Source of the DNA: Candidatus Syntropharchaeum butanivorans
GTDB taxonomy: Archaea; Halobacteriota; Syntropharchaeia; Syntropharchaeales; Syntropharchaeaceae
DNA length: 64,000 nucleotides
Assembly: GCA_001766825.1 (NCBI GenBank)
Contig: LYOR01000001.1
Location: 30,945-94,944, forward strand
Direction of reading: 5' to 3'
The translations under genes and the position numbers were made by a program. The notes below the pieces were generated by a model, which made no database searches, was not told the DNA's origin, and worked only from the letters and a program-made list of their open reading frames with translations. This document shows positions 9,730-20,215 of the stretch, in pieces. Numbering within the stretch: position 1 is the stretch's first letter; every line of letters starts with the position of its first letter.

Positions 9730-10966
9730 AAGCCCCTCTCCTCCCAAGTGGTTTTGTTGCATCGATCCCGACCTTGGTTGAGGTGCCATCTTCTGCTGCA
9801 GAGGGGTCGAGCGATGATCCACGTGCACCCCGGACCATAACAAGATCCTCATCCCATCTGACACGGGTTGCGATCGCATACTCAAGCTCGATCGGATCGA
9901 GTATATCGATATCCTCATCCACAACAACAACCTGTTTAAGACTTGGAGCTGCTGCAAACGCCGCGATTATCGCGTTCTTCCCATCTCCCTCTCTGACTTT
10001 CCGGATCGAGATCGCTGCATGGAGGTACGTGCACCCTCCCCTTGTGAGAATGACGTTTCTTGCATCAGCCACATGCCGGACCCCGCGCAGTATCACAGGC
10101 TCGTAAGGTACACCCATCAGAAGCTGGTGCTCCATGCCACCCGGGATTATGGAGTGATAGATCGGATCCTCTCTGTGATATATCTTATCAAGTGTTATCA
10201 CCGGCTCAAGCCTCACCCTGTCGTACGTTCCGGTTATATCAACAAAAGGCCCCTCCCTGGCACACTCATCTCTTTCGATCTCTCCCTCCAGCACGATCTC
10301 AGCATGGGGGACACATATACCATTATCAAGCCTGAACAGCTCAACCGGTCCACCTCGCAGGGCTGATGCATACTCAAACTCACGCCCGGGCTCAACCCTG
10401 GTAGCAGCAGCAAAGAGTATCACCGGGTCGGGTCCTATCACAATCCCAACTTTCAGCCCCTTTCCCTGCTCTTTTGCCTTTTTGTGAAGCATATATGTAT
10501 GTCTCGGGGGAACAAGCCTTGCAACAACTTTATTTTTCCCAATCACCATCATACGATGGAACGAGGCATTTCTAACACCATCAAACTCGGTTACAATGAT
10601 TCCTGCCGTGATGTACGCCCCACCATCCCGCTCAAAGAATCGCATTATCGGCAGGGTCGAGAGATCTGCACGCCTTATAACCTCCCTCGCAGGTGAGTCA
10701 TCAACGATCCTCACCTCGCCTTTAAGGGGAAGATCTGCAAGTCTGGGTGCAATTTTATCCGGTTCAACCCCAAGTACCCTCGAGAGGATCTCTCTTGATG
10801 AGATAAGGTTGATACACGCTCTCATCCCTGATAGATTCTTGAAGAGTATCGGACGCTCGATCTCTCTTGCAATCCTGCATGCATCAAGGTCACTTGATAC
10901 CGGATCATCGATCTCAACAAGATCTCCACGCTCTTTAAGCTCATTCATGAACTCCCTGAGCCCCAT
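9710..10966 (-). CDS. UbiD-family prFMN decarboxylase (probably anhydromevalonate phosphate decarboxylase)
   Basis: RDGGAYITAG, NASFHR, EGPFVDITGTYD, VVVVDEDID, GSSLDPS; short archaeal UbiD. Confidence 0.85.
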   Translation of the reverse strand: MGLREFMNELKERGDLVEIDDPVSSDLDACRIAREIERPILFKNLSGMRACINLISSREILSRVLGVEPDKIAPRLADLPLKGEVRIVDDSPAREVIRRADLSTLPIMRFFERDGGAYITAGIIVTEFDGVRNASFHRMMVIGKNKVVARLVPPRHTYMLHKKAKEQGKGLKVGIVIGPDPVILFAAATRVEPGREFEYASALRGGPVELFRLDNGICVPHAEIVLEGEIERDECAREGPFVDITGTYDRVRLEPVITLDKIYHREDPIYHSIIPGGMEHQLLMGVPYEPVILRGVRHVADARNVILTRGGCTYLHAAISIRKVREGDGKNAIIAAFAAAPSLKQVVVVDEDIDILDPIELEYAIATRVRWDEDLVMVRGARGSSLDPSAAEDGTSTKVGIDATKPLGRRGAFERVTS

Positions 10967-11791
10967 CTAAGAACCCCCAATAATCGTTGAAAGCGCAGCT
11001 GCAAGCTTAACAGCACCAGAATAACTCCCTCCAGCCCTTGACGTATCGACAAAGACTTTTCCAAGGTCATAATGTACTGCTGCCCCCCACGCGACCCCTT
11101 CCCCAAGGAATGTCAACGTCCTGAAGATGAGGTTGCCAGAAATACCATCAGGTGCAATTATAAGGTTTGAATCACGTACAGCATCCTCGATCAGGATCTC
11201 ATGGTGCACAGCCTGATACCCCATATCCGCGACGGCACCGATAAGAAGATCCCCCTCTCTCAGGGATTCATCAACCCGGGGACTTCTTCCCATATCCCCG
11301 ATCCTGCCTCCTGAGAGTATCCCCACCCTGACATCAAGACCCAGGCTTTCAAGCATCCATATCCCATTCTCAATCAGCCTGAGTCTTGCATCAAACCCGT
11401 CTCCCTCATCGATTCCAACGGGCGCAAAGAGGAATGGATCAGCGTCTTTTGGCTTGAGGAGTGCAACCCTTGCGAGGTTATCGATACCAGATACCTTCCT
11501 TAGATAGAGAAGTGTCTTTGATGCAGGGAGCGTCCCTCTCACAGCACCATCCACCTCCCCCCTCATAAGAAGATCTACAAGCTCACGTTCTGGCTCATCA
11601 GATATCATGATCTCAAACCCGGCATCAGATTCTATCTCAGCGCCTGAGACGATGAGAAGGTCTGCAAATCGCTCAACCTCAGTAAGCTCCTGGATTATAC
11701 GTGGATCGCTCATGCCGATGGCAATTCTGCACTCAGGTGGCAGGTTCTCCTCAACCATTGAGAAAATATCGCCCCTCCCCTTTGACTTCAT
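10967..11791 (-). CDS. mtxX: methanogenesis marker protein Mmp4/MtxX family
   Basis: [47 protein letters not shown]. Confidence 0.88.
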   Translation of the reverse strand: MKSKGRGDIFSMVEENLPPECRIAIGMSDPRIIQELTEVERFADLLIVSGAEIESDAGFEIMISDEPERELVDLLMRGEVDGAVRGTLPASKTLLYLRKVSGIDNLARVALLKPKDADPFLFAPVGIDEGDGFDARLRLIENGIWMLESLGLDVRVGILSGGRIGDMGRSPRVDESLREGDLLIGAVADMGYQAVHHEILIEDAVRDSNLIIAPDGISGNLIFRTLTFLGEGVAWGAAVHYDLGKVFVDTSRAGGSYSGAVKLAAALSTIIGGS

Positions 11792-12621
11792 GATATATCA
11801 CCCTCCTTTATCTTCTTCCGCCTCTCCATGAGGCTTTCAATGTAATCACACTGTTTACTCCAGTCGCACTCAATCGCCTTTTCCGGGCACATTAGCTCAC
11901 ATATGTAACACCTGTCACAGTCCTTTGTCCACCTGGGATATGGATCAAGAATTATTGAATCAACCGGGCATATCTCCGCACATTTCCCGCACCTGGTGCA
12001 TTTATCTTTATTGAGCTTGAACTCAGGAAACCACCTCTGTATCCCCTCAAACGTCCACATCCTGGCGGATTCGTTATCCCTCGTCCAGAAATCTGTCTTT
12101 TCCGGTGTATCAGGATCCCGCGCCTTCTCAATCAATCTCTCACCGAATCTTCTCGCCTGCTCAAGCTCTTCCTCTGTCGGATGGCCTGCTGAGCTCTCAA
12201 GATGACCCCCACGCCTTGAGTACATCTGGTGGACATCGTGTCCGATCCATCTATCGCACCCATCGATTATCTTAAGCCCCTTCTTATCCAGGACGAGCTT
12301 CATCTGATAGAGCGTTGATCCGGGATTGCCCCCGCTTGTACAGAAGAGAAACCCTTTGATCCCATCAAGCCTTGGAAACTCCTCGAGCAGGTGGAGTATG
12401 TGATACGGTGGGTGGAAATAGTAGACCGGCACACCAATTCCAAGAAGATCGTATGTGTGAAAATCAATCGTTCTTACAAGCTCCAGATCGCGGGCATACT
12501 TTCTCAGCTTGATGAGATCACAGGTATTTCCCCCACTTCTCAGGCCTTCTGCGATTCTTTTTGCGATCTTCTCCGTGTTTCCTGTGACACACTGAGAGTA
12601 GTAGAGGATGATACTCTTCAT
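11788..12621 (-). CDS. EFR1-type flavodoxin-ferredoxin fusion
   Basis: YYSQ..TGNTEKIA flavodoxin loop, GVPVYY, GHP; C-terminal CTRCGKCAEICP and CDRCYICELMCP. Confidence 0.85.
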   Translation of the reverse strand: MKSIILYYSQCVTGNTEKIAKRIAEGLRSGGNTCDLIKLRKYARDLELVRTIDFHTYDLLGIGVPVYYFHPPYHILHLLEEFPRLDGIKGFLFCTSGGNPGSTLYQMKLVLDKKGLKIIDGCDRWIGHDVHQMYSRRGGHLESSAGHPTEEELEQARRFGERLIEKARDPDTPEKTDFWTRDNESARMWTFEGIQRWFPEFKLNKDKCTRCGKCAEICPVDSIILDPYPRWTKDCDRCYICELMCPEKAIECDWSKQCDYIESLMERRKKIKEGDIS

Positions 12622-12647
12622 ACAGGGATGAATAGAGCCAGGAGGTA

Positions 12648-13550
12648 TTAAAGGCTTGACATGGTTGTGAGACTGACCCCGACGATACACCCCTCACCAA
12701 CGGCACTTGCAACCTGCCTGATACCCCCTGTGATATCCCCGCAGGCAAACACCCCATCCATGCTCGTTCTGCACCTGTGATCCACATTTACAAACCCTCT
12801 CTCATCAAGCTCAAGCCCGAGCTTCAGTGCAAGCTCATTGTTTGGAGCTGCTCCGGCCTCGATGAAGATGCCATCCACCCTCTCTGTGATCTCATTCCCT
12901 CTGAACCTGTAGCGAATCCCCTCGACAAGTTCATCTCCCATTATTTCAATTGGATCAACACCCTCCAGAACATCAACACCACGTTCATCAAGCCCCTTGA
13001 TGTAAACCGCCTCCGCGCGAAGGGCCTTTTTTGTGCACAGGATCTTCACATTGGCGAAAGAAGAGAGATAGTACGCAGCTTTGGCTGCCCCATTGCCGTA
13101 TCCAAGAACAAGAACATTCTTATCTCTGAACAGAGCACCATCACAGACTGCACAGTACGATACACCCCTGTGAAGGAGCTTATCCTCTCCTGGTATGCCA
13201 AGCCTCCTGGGACTGGCACCTGTCGCAATCACAAGCGCCCTGCCCTCATAGACCTCATCAAGTGTATTGGCCCTGAAGATATCGTTATGTCTTTCAAGAT
13301 CAAGGACACGAGCCGGTATGACTTCAGCTCCCCATTTTTTAGCCTGCTCCTCCATCTTCACAACGAGATCAATCCCCTCTCCCTCAAAGCCAGGGTAGTT
13401 CTCAAGCCGCCCACTCATCGCAAGCTGGGAGTCATATTTATCACCGATCACAGCAACTCTCTTCCCGCCCCTTGCAGTGTAAATCGCAGCAGTTAAACCT
13501 GCAGGACCTGCTCCCACGATGATAATATCCCACATCTTTTCCTCATTCAT
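12648..13550 (-). CDS. trxB: thioredoxin reductase-like FAD oxidoreductase
   Basis: [37 protein letters not shown]. Confidence 0.85.
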   Translation of the reverse strand: MNEEKMWDIIIVGAGPAGLTAAIYTARGGKRVAVIGDKYDSQLAMSGRLENYPGFEGEGIDLVVKMEEQAKKWGAEVIPARVLDLERHNDIFRANTLDEVYEGRALVIATGASPRRLGIPGEDKLLHRGVSYCAVCDGALFRDKNVLVLGYGNGAAKAAYYLSSFANVKILCTKKALRAEAVYIKGLDERGVDVLEGVDPIEIMGDELVEGIRYRFRGNEITERVDGIFIEAGAAPNNELALKLGLELDERGFVNVDHRCRTSMDGVFACGDITGGIRQVASAVGEGCIVGVSLTTMSSL

Positions 13551-14454
13551 ACTCGATCGTTGCAGGAGGTTTTGGGGTTATGTCATACACGACCCTGGCG
13601 ACATCCGGTATCTCACCGGTTATACGGGAGGAGATCCTTCTTAGCCGATCCCATGGGATCTCAATCGGGCTTGCGGTCATACCATCCCTTGACTCTACCG
13701 CCCTGACCGCAACAATCCACCCATGCACCCTCACATCACCCTTGACACCGGTCCCCCTCTCAACAACAGCTGCAAATGCCTGCCATGGCTTGAACTCCCT
13801 GAGCTCCTCCTCAACGATCGTATTTGCACGTCTCACAACCTCAAGCTTCTCCCGCGTAACCTCTCCAATTATCCTGACAGCAAGCCCTGGTCCTGGAAAC
13901 GGCATCCTCTCCGATATCTCCGGGGGTAACCCAAGCTCTCGTGCAAGGATGCGTACCTCATCCTTGTACAGATCTGCGATCGGTTCAATGATCCCATCAA
14001 ACTCGATATTTATCGGCAGACCACCCACATTGTGATGGGATTTGATCCCTCCCTCAGACTCGATTCTGTCCGGATAGATCGTACCCTGGATGAGATATCT
14101 CGCCCCTACCTTCCTTGCCTCCTCCTCGAATATCCTGATAAATGTCTCCCCGATGATCTTTCTCTTTTCTTCGGGGTCAGAAACACCCTCAAGCGCCTTC
14201 AGGAACCTCTCTCTGGCGTCAACCACCCTCAGGTTCATATCTCCAAAGACCTCTCTGATCCTCTCAGGCTCCCCCTCCCTCATGAAGCCGGTATCCACAA
14301 AAATAGGTATAAGATCTTCTCCTATCGCCCTGTGGGCAAGTACAGCAGAGACAGATGAATCAACACCACCTGAGAGTGCGATTATGGCCTTTCCCCTGCA
14401 CTCCTCTCTGATTCTCTTCACGGCATCCTCGATGAGCTTTTTATAATCCATCAT
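13543..14454 (-). CDS. guaAB: GMP synthase subunit B (ATP pyrophosphatase)
   Basis: [48 protein letters not shown]. Confidence 0.95.
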   Translation of the reverse strand: MMDYKKLIEDAVKRIREECRGKAIIALSGGVDSSVSAVLAHRAIGEDLIPIFVDTGFMREGEPERIREVFGDMNLRVVDARERFLKALEGVSDPEEKRKIIGETFIRIFEEEARKVGARYLIQGTIYPDRIESEGGIKSHHNVGGLPINIEFDGIIEPIADLYKDEVRILARELGLPPEISERMPFPGPGLAVRIIGEVTREKLEVVRRANTIVEEELREFKPWQAFAAVVERGTGVKGDVRVHGWIVAVRAVESRDGMTASPIEIPWDRLRRISSRITGEIPDVARVVYDITPKPPATIEYE

Positions 14455-14598
14455 ACTATCTCTTGGCCACACCGATTAAAAAAACCTTAGCCTCTCACCA
14501 CCCTTAGTTAAAAACAAGGTTTATATACATGTGGTGTATATCTCATTTCTAAGAAAGGGTAAAAATAATGTGTTCGCTCATCTTAGGGGAGATGTCAT

Positions 14599-15753
14599 GT
14601 GAAGATATTTTTGATCGGCATTGGACAGGGTGGAGGGAAGATTGCTGATCTCTTTCTGGAATATGATAGAAGAACGAGGCATAACTGTATTACTCGTGCA
14701 ATTGCGATAAATACAGCCAGATCAGATCTTCTCGGGCTGAAGAACATCCCGATGGAGGACAGGATACTCATAGGAGAGTCTATTGTCAAGGGGCATGGTG
14801 TGGGAGCGGATAACGAGCTGGGAGCAAGAGTTGCAGCTGAGGATATATACACGATACAGAGTGCCATAGATCAGAGAGGGACCCATGAAATTGATGCTTT
14901 TCTCATCGTAGCAGGTCTTGGCGGGGGAACAGGCTCCGGAGGTGCACCGGTCATTGCACGTCGTTTGAAGAAGCTTTACGTTGAGCCGGTTTATGGCCTT
15001 GGCATCCTCCCTGCAAGGGATGAGGGAGGGCTTTACTCGTTGAATGCCGCAAGGAGCCTGATGACCTTCGTGAAGGAGGTGGATAACCTCTTCCTCTTCG
15101 ATAATGAGCCCTGGAAGAAGGAAGGGGAGAGCCTGGAGGATGCCTACGCCTTCATGAACGAGGAGATTGTGAGAAGATTCGGGATACTGTTTGGGGCCGG
15201 TGAGTCGAATGAGGTGGGTCAGGTTGTTGTGGATGCCGCCGAGATAATTAACACGCTGAGGGGTGGTGGTATCTCAACGGTCGGTTATGCGGTTGAAGAG
15301 GTGAGTAAGAAAAAGAAGGGGGGGTTATTCAAGCGGGTGAAGAGGGATAAGTCCTCGCTTGAGACGCTTGATGCAACAACAAAGATAACATCCCTTACAA
15401 GGCGAGCAGTGATGGGGAGGCTCACACTCTCATGTGACATCTCGAGTGCAGAGCGTGGTCTGATTGTTGTCGCAGGCCCTCCCGAGGAACTCAGCAGGAA
15501 AGGGATCGAGAAGGCAAAGTTATGGGTTGAGGAGATGATTCGGGGGACCGAGGTACGTGGTGGGGATTATCCTGTACCAAAGAGTGACTACGTGGCAGCG
15601 GTCACCGTCTTCTCAGGAGTGACAGACGTCCCGAGGATCAAAGAGCTCCAGGAGCTTGCTGTAAACGCGCAGAAAACGATTCAGGAGTTTGATAGCAAGA
15701 AAGAAGAGAAGCATGAGTCGCTCTGGCGTGATGATATCAAGCCTCTGTTTTAA
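14599..15753 (+). CDS. cetZ: CetZ tubulin/FtsZ-family GTPase
   Basis: GIGQGGGKIAD, KGHGVGADNELG, GLGGGTGSGG, LFDN; lacks the FtsZ NxDxAD T7 loop (has VVDAAEIINTL). Confidence 0.9.
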   Translation: MKIFLIGIGQGGGKIADLFLEYDRRTRHNCITRAIAINTARSDLLGLKNIPMEDRILIGESIVKGHGVGADNELGARVAAEDIYTIQSAIDQRGTHEIDAFLIVAGLGGGTGSGGAPVIARRLKKLYVEPVYGLGILPARDEGGLYSLNAARSLMTFVKEVDNLFLFDNEPWKKEGESLEDAYAFMNEEIVRRFGILFGAGESNEVGQVVVDAAEIINTLRGGGISTVGYAVEEVSKKKKGGLFKRVKRDKSSLETLDATTKITSLTRRAVMGRLTLSCDISSAERGLIVVAGPPEELSRKGIEKAKLWVEEMIRGTEVRGGDYPVPKSDYVAAVTVFSGVTDVPRIKELQELAVNAQKTIQEFDSKKEEKHESLWRDDIKPLF

Positions 15754-16556
15754 TGGAGGGAGAGATGATGACAAAGCTGATTCTGTTGCTGCTCATCCTT
15801 TCAGGTCTTGTTATACAGCCGGTGCTCGCTCTTGAGGGGGCATATCCCCCCTCGAGGTTTGTTGAGGCGTCATACACGATGGAGCCAGCGGGGATTATCC
15901 AGTTTGGAGAGCATGTTTGGGCAACGATCACCCTCACAAACTTCAGCAAAGAGATAAAGGAGTCGAAGTTCTTCTTCTACTCAGAGCTTGACGCTCCCCA
16001 GTGGAGTGTTACCGTGGATGGGGTCCAGGTACCATTTGAGCAGCCACTTGTAATCAACCACAGTGCGGAGACTGTGACAGTTGCACTCGCCGGTGTTGCC
16101 CCTGATACAGGTTACCAGAAGGATATCCTGATCGCAAGGATCGATGAGAACACAACGACAAATGATTACACCGTTATCACGATCAGGCGTACTCTCACAA
16201 GCAAAGAGATTTATGAGGTCCTGTCAGCGATAAACGAATCTCGAAACGCGATCGCGCGGGCAAATGCCTCCATCAGGAATGCATCCGTAGATGTTCAGGA
16301 TGCAGAGGATGACCTTAGGATGGCTGAAAGATACTTAGAAGATGCTAACAGTTACTACCTGCAGAAAGATCTTAACGCATCGCTTGCTGCAGCAAAAAAT
16401 GCCACAATCTATGCGAATAAGGCATATGAGCGAGTACAGAGGCTTGAATCTTCTGCAAGAATGATGAAATACGCCCTTCTGGGCGTTGTTGCGGTGGTGA
16501 TCATCGCGCTTCTCATCGTCATGTACAAGCGGTCCAGATGGGATAAGCTGAGGTAA
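15753..16556 (+). CDS. secreted, C-terminally membrane-anchored protein with coiled coil
   Basis: N-terminal hydrophobic signal, helical A/N-rich segment, C-terminal TM followed by a basic tail. Confidence 0.75.
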   Translation: MEGEMMTKLILLLLILSGLVIQPVLALEGAYPPSRFVEASYTMEPAGIIQFGEHVWATITLTNFSKEIKESKFFFYSELDAPQWSVTVDGVQVPFEQPLVINHSAETVTVALAGVAPDTGYQKDILIARIDENTTTNDYTVITIRRTLTSKEIYEVLSAINESRNAIARANASIRNASVDVQDAEDDLRMAERYLEDANSYYLQKDLNASLAAAKNATIYANKAYERVQRLESSARMMKYALLGVVAVVIIALLIVMYKRSRWDKLR

Positions 16557-16559
16557 GCT

Positions 16560-17471
16560 GTGTTGTTCGATAGACCGAATATAGGCTGGGAGAGTGAACA
16601 GCTCATAGAAGCCCTCAGCTCCAGGAACTGTATTACCAGAGCCACTGCTGCAGAAGTGCTGGGATCAAAGAAAGATAGGGTCGCGATCAAGCCGTTGTTT
16701 CGTCTGTTACGGGATAAGGACGGTAGTGTGAGATGGAGGGCAGCAGAATCTCTTGAATCTCTGATAGGCGATGAAGACATTGAGCTTCTACTTTCAGGGG
16801 TTAAAGATGAGCACGAAAGTGTGCGGTTCTGGTCTGTATATCTTCTGGGAAGGTGTAGATTCAGCAAAGATGTGGTTCCATATCTTATTTCTGCCCTTAA
16901 AGATGATAACCACGAAATTCGAGCGATTGCAGCACAGTCGCTTGAGCTTGTAGGAGATGAGCGGGCAATACCACCATTGCTTGAGGCGATGAGGGATGAG
17001 TGGAAGGGGGCAAGATTGAGTGTCTTTGGAGCGATCAAGAAGTTAGTTTCTGAGAATAAAAATAAGATTGACGCTGAACTGTTTTTGAAAGGGTTGGAGG
17101 ACGATTACCCTGATGTACGATTTGTTTCAGCATTTTTTCTCGGTGAACTCGGGGATTCACGGGCGCTTACCACTCTGCTTGACTTGATCGATGACATTAA
17201 TGAGGATGTAAATGTGCGGCAGTGGGCTGCATATGCTCTTGGCAGGATGGATGATGACAGAGCCTTTGTGCGTCTTATTGACCTCGTAAGGGGTGAGAGA
17301 AGCCCTGTTGTCAGGAGGATGGCGCTTCGCTCACTTGGAGAGATGGCGCTCAGGAACCCGGAGTACGTGAAACAGGCAGAAGCATGCATCACATCGGTTC
17401 TTGAGGATGAAGATGTGATCCTTCTTGGTCTTGCACAGGGTATGCTTGGAAGGTTGCAGAAGAACCGATAG
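16560..17471 (+). CDS. HEAT/PBS-lyase repeat protein
   Basis: Repeated LxDxxxxVRxxAAxxLG units. Confidence 0.88.
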   Translation: MLFDRPNIGWESEQLIEALSSRNCITRATAAEVLGSKKDRVAIKPLFRLLRDKDGSVRWRAAESLESLIGDEDIELLLSGVKDEHESVRFWSVYLLGRCRFSKDVVPYLISALKDDNHEIRAIAAQSLELVGDERAIPPLLEAMRDEWKGARLSVFGAIKKLVSENKNKIDAELFLKGLEDDYPDVRFVSAFFLGELGDSRALTTLLDLIDDINEDVNVRQWAAYALGRMDDDRAFVRLIDLVRGERSPVVRRMALRSLGEMALRNPEYVKQAEACITSVLEDEDVILLGLAQGMLGRLQKNR

Positions 17472-17584
17472 AAGTGGTCTGATTCTGGCATCTGAAAAGT
17501 ATGCTGAGGATTTTAGAAAGATTTATTATCGAGCCAGAACCTAAATATCACGAATTTAAATGAGGTGATTGGTGAGGTGAAGAG

Positions 17585-19249
17585 ATGGATAGGTTAGAGG
17601 AGATAGAAAAAGAGGAGAGAGAGTGGGCGAAGCTCATAGAGGGATGTGAGCGAAAGCCAGAGTTCAAGACATACTCAGGTATACCTGTAAAGGCGTTATA
17701 TACGCCAGTGGATCTCAAGGACCATGACTATCTTGAGAAGGTTGGTTTTCCAGGAAAACCCCCCTATGTGAGAGGTGTCTACCCCACGATGTACCGGGGT
17801 AAGGTATGGACGACACGGATGTTCTCAGGATTTGGGACGCCTGAGGAGACAAATGAGCGGTGGAAGCTCCTTTACAAGGAAGGACAGACCGGGTTCAGTG
17901 CAGCGGTTGATTCACTGACACAGGCAGGGATGAGTCCGTTCGATCCAAGGGTTGGCCCAGAGGTTGGAACAGATGGTGTCCCGCTCTACTGTAAGCCGGC
18001 AGTTGCCGCGATGGTCGAGGGTTTACCGATCGATAAGATCGGGGTTGCACTGGTTGTTGAGGATGCGGCTGCGACGATCACAGCCTCGATGTACTTCAAC
18101 GTCTACATGGAACGGGGATTTGATCTCAAGACATGCATGGGAACAACCCAGAATGACCTCCTCTCAATGTCAATAGGGTGTCTGCAATACCGCTCGCTCG
18201 ATCCGGCCCACAGGCTGAAGCTTGCATGCGACCTGATCGAGTGGTGTACCGCGGATAAGAACGTGCCGAAGTGGAACCCGATAAACTTCACCACCTACAA
18301 CTATCGTGAGGGGGGTATTGACGCCATTCAGGAGCTTGCATTCGGGTTTGCGAACGCGATTGAGCATATAAATCACCTGCTTGAACGTGGAAGAAAGATA
18401 GAAGAGTTTGTCGGGAGGCTTGCATTCCATCTATCGGCCCACAATGACTTCTTCGAGGAGATTGCAAAGTACCGTGCCGCAAGGCGGATCTGGTACAAGC
18501 TGATGAAGGACAGGTATGGGGTAACAGACCCGCGTCTTCTCATCTTCAGGTTCCATATCCAGACCGCAGGCTCCACACTGACCCGGCAGCAACCGATGGT
18601 AAACATCGTGAGGATTGCGTATCAGGCGCTTGCAGCAGCCCTCGGTGGCGTCCAGTCGATGCACACAAACTCGTATGATGAGGCGCTCTGTCTCCCGAGT
18701 GAGGAGGCGGTGCTTCTGGCATTGAGGACGCAGCAGGTACTCAAAGAAGAGACGAACATCACGAACGTGATCGATCCCCTCGGTGGCTCGTATTACGTTG
18801 AATGGCTGACTGATGAGATCGAGGAACGGGTATGGCAGTACTTAGGAAAGATCGAAGAGGCCGGAGGGTTAACAAAGACGCTTGAGACCGGGTGGTTATA
18901 CAAGGAGATGACGACCGCGTTCAACAAGCGCAGAAGGATGATCGAGTCTGGAGAGGAGAAGGTCATCGGTGTTAACTGCTATGTTACCGACGAGGAGATC
19001 CCCATCCGTGTCTTCAGAACGAATCCGAACGCACAGGAGATAGAGAAGAAGCGGATAGAAAAGCTCATGGCAGAGCGGGATAACAGGAAGGTTGAGGAGC
19101 TGCTTGATAAACTCAGGAAGGTCTGTGAGCGCGAGGAGAATGTGATGCCGACTGTGATGGAACTCACCCGGGAAGGTGCGATAAACCAGGAGATATATGA
19201 CGTCTACAGGGAAGTCTGGGGTGAGTGGAAGGCCAATATAGTCTTCTGA
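17585..19249 (+). CDS. B12-dependent acyl-CoA mutase, large (substrate-binding) subunit
   Basis: GFPGKPPYVRGVYPTMYRG, FFEEIAKYRAARRIW, FHIQTAG, HTNSYDEAL, DPLGGSYYVE. Confidence 0.93.
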   Translation: MDRLEEIEKEEREWAKLIEGCERKPEFKTYSGIPVKALYTPVDLKDHDYLEKVGFPGKPPYVRGVYPTMYRGKVWTTRMFSGFGTPEETNERWKLLYKEGQTGFSAAVDSLTQAGMSPFDPRVGPEVGTDGVPLYCKPAVAAMVEGLPIDKIGVALVVEDAAATITASMYFNVYMERGFDLKTCMGTTQNDLLSMSIGCLQYRSLDPAHRLKLACDLIEWCTADKNVPKWNPINFTTYNYREGGIDAIQELAFGFANAIEHINHLLERGRKIEEFVGRLAFHLSAHNDFFEEIAKYRAARRIWYKLMKDRYGVTDPRLLIFRFHIQTAGSTLTRQQPMVNIVRIAYQALAAALGGVQSMHTNSYDEALCLPSEEAVLLALRTQQVLKEETNITNVIDPLGGSYYVEWLTDEIEERVWQYLGKIEEAGGLTKTLETGWLYKEMTTAFNKRRRMIESGEEKVIGVNCYVTDEEIPIRVFRTNPNAQEIEKKRIEKLMAERDNRKVEELLDKLRKVCEREENVMPTVMELTREGAINQEIYDVYREVWGEWKANIVF

Positions 19250-19256
19250 AGCCGGG

Positions 19257-19673
19257 GTGAGAATGATGGAGAAGGTGATAAGGGTCCTGATGTCAAAGCC
19301 CGGTGCTGATGGCCACTGGAGGGGAGCTGTGACCGTTGCAAGTGCACTGAGGGATGCAGGGATGGAGGTCATATTCGGCGGCTTCCAGTCAATTCCTGAG
19401 ATCGTTGAGACCGCAATCCAGGAGGATGTGGATGTGATCGGTATAAGCATCCATTCAATGGCGCACATGGCGTATGCAAAAGAGCTGATGGAACTTCTTG
19501 AGGAGAAAGGGGCAAAAGATGACTTTTTGGTCCTATTTGGTGGGATCATACCCGATGAGGATGTGCCAAAGCTCATGGAGCTTGGGGTGGCCGGTGTCTA
19601 TGGTCCAGGCACGCATACCGCAGATATCGTCCGTGATATAAAGGAGAAGCTCTCGGAGAAGCGGGCTGAATAA
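19257..19673 (+). CDS. acyl-CoA mutase cobalamin-binding small subunit
   Basis: KPGADGHWRGA (DxHxxG), QEDVDVIGIS, FGGIIP, YGPGT. Confidence 0.92.
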   Translation: MRMMEKVIRVLMSKPGADGHWRGAVTVASALRDAGMEVIFGGFQSIPEIVETAIQEDVDVIGISIHSMAHMAYAKELMELLEEKGAKDDFLVLFGGIIPDEDVPKLMELGVAGVYGPGTHTADIVRDIKEKLSEKRAE

Positions 19674-19680
19674 GGTCTGC

Positions 19681-19704
19681 CCTTTTATTTTTCCTTTTTT
19701 TTTC
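19681..19704 (+). terminator. oligo-T archaeal terminator after the mutase operon
   Basis: CCTTTTATTTTTCCTTTTTTTTTC directly after the stop. Confidence 0.6.
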
Positions 19705-19717
19705 AAGGGGAGGTTAC

Positions 19718-20215
19718 ATGAAGATTGGTGTGATCTCGGATACACACTTTCAGACAGGGCATGAGAGGCTACCGGAGGAGGTTGTTGAGGCGCTCTCTGA
19801 GGTTGACCTCATCATCCATTGCGGAGACTTCTGCGTTTATGGGGTGTTTGAGAATCTGAAGGGGATCGGTAAGGGGGAGGTCCTCGGGGTCTGCGGTAAC
19901 ATGGATTCTGAGGAGGTCAGAAAGGCGCTACCACAGCGAGTTGTTTTTGAGCTTGAGGGGCATCAGATAGGAGTCATACACGGAAGTGGACCACCTGATG
20001 GGATTAAAGAGCGGATAAGAGGTGCTTTCAGGGATATTGAAGGGATTGAGCTCATCATTTACGGGCACACGCACGCACCATCGAACGAGGTGGTTGAGGG
20101 TATACTCTTCTTCAATCCCGGGTCTCCCACAGATAAGATATTTGCAAAATACAACTCCTATGGCATCATCACTGTGGAAGAAGATGATATCACCGGTGAG
20201 ATCATTCAGATATGA
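19718..20215 (+). CDS. YfcE/MJ0936-family metallophosphoesterase
   Basis: ISDTH, HCGD, GNMD, HG, GHTH, NPGS. Confidence 0.9.
   Translation: MKIGVISDTHFQTGHERLPEEVVEALSEVDLIIHCGDFCVYGVFENLKGIGKGEVLGVCGNMDSEEVRKALPQRVVFELEGHQIGVIHGSGPPDGIKERIRGAFRDIEGIELIIYGHTHAPSNEVVEGILFFNPGSPTDKIFAKYNSYGIITVEEDDITGEIIQI

Noticed and set aside
9730-9957. N-terminal extension of thiL in the ORF track (386 aa)
   Set aside because: Lies in another frame of the ubiD gene; ThiL similarity begins at about 9729
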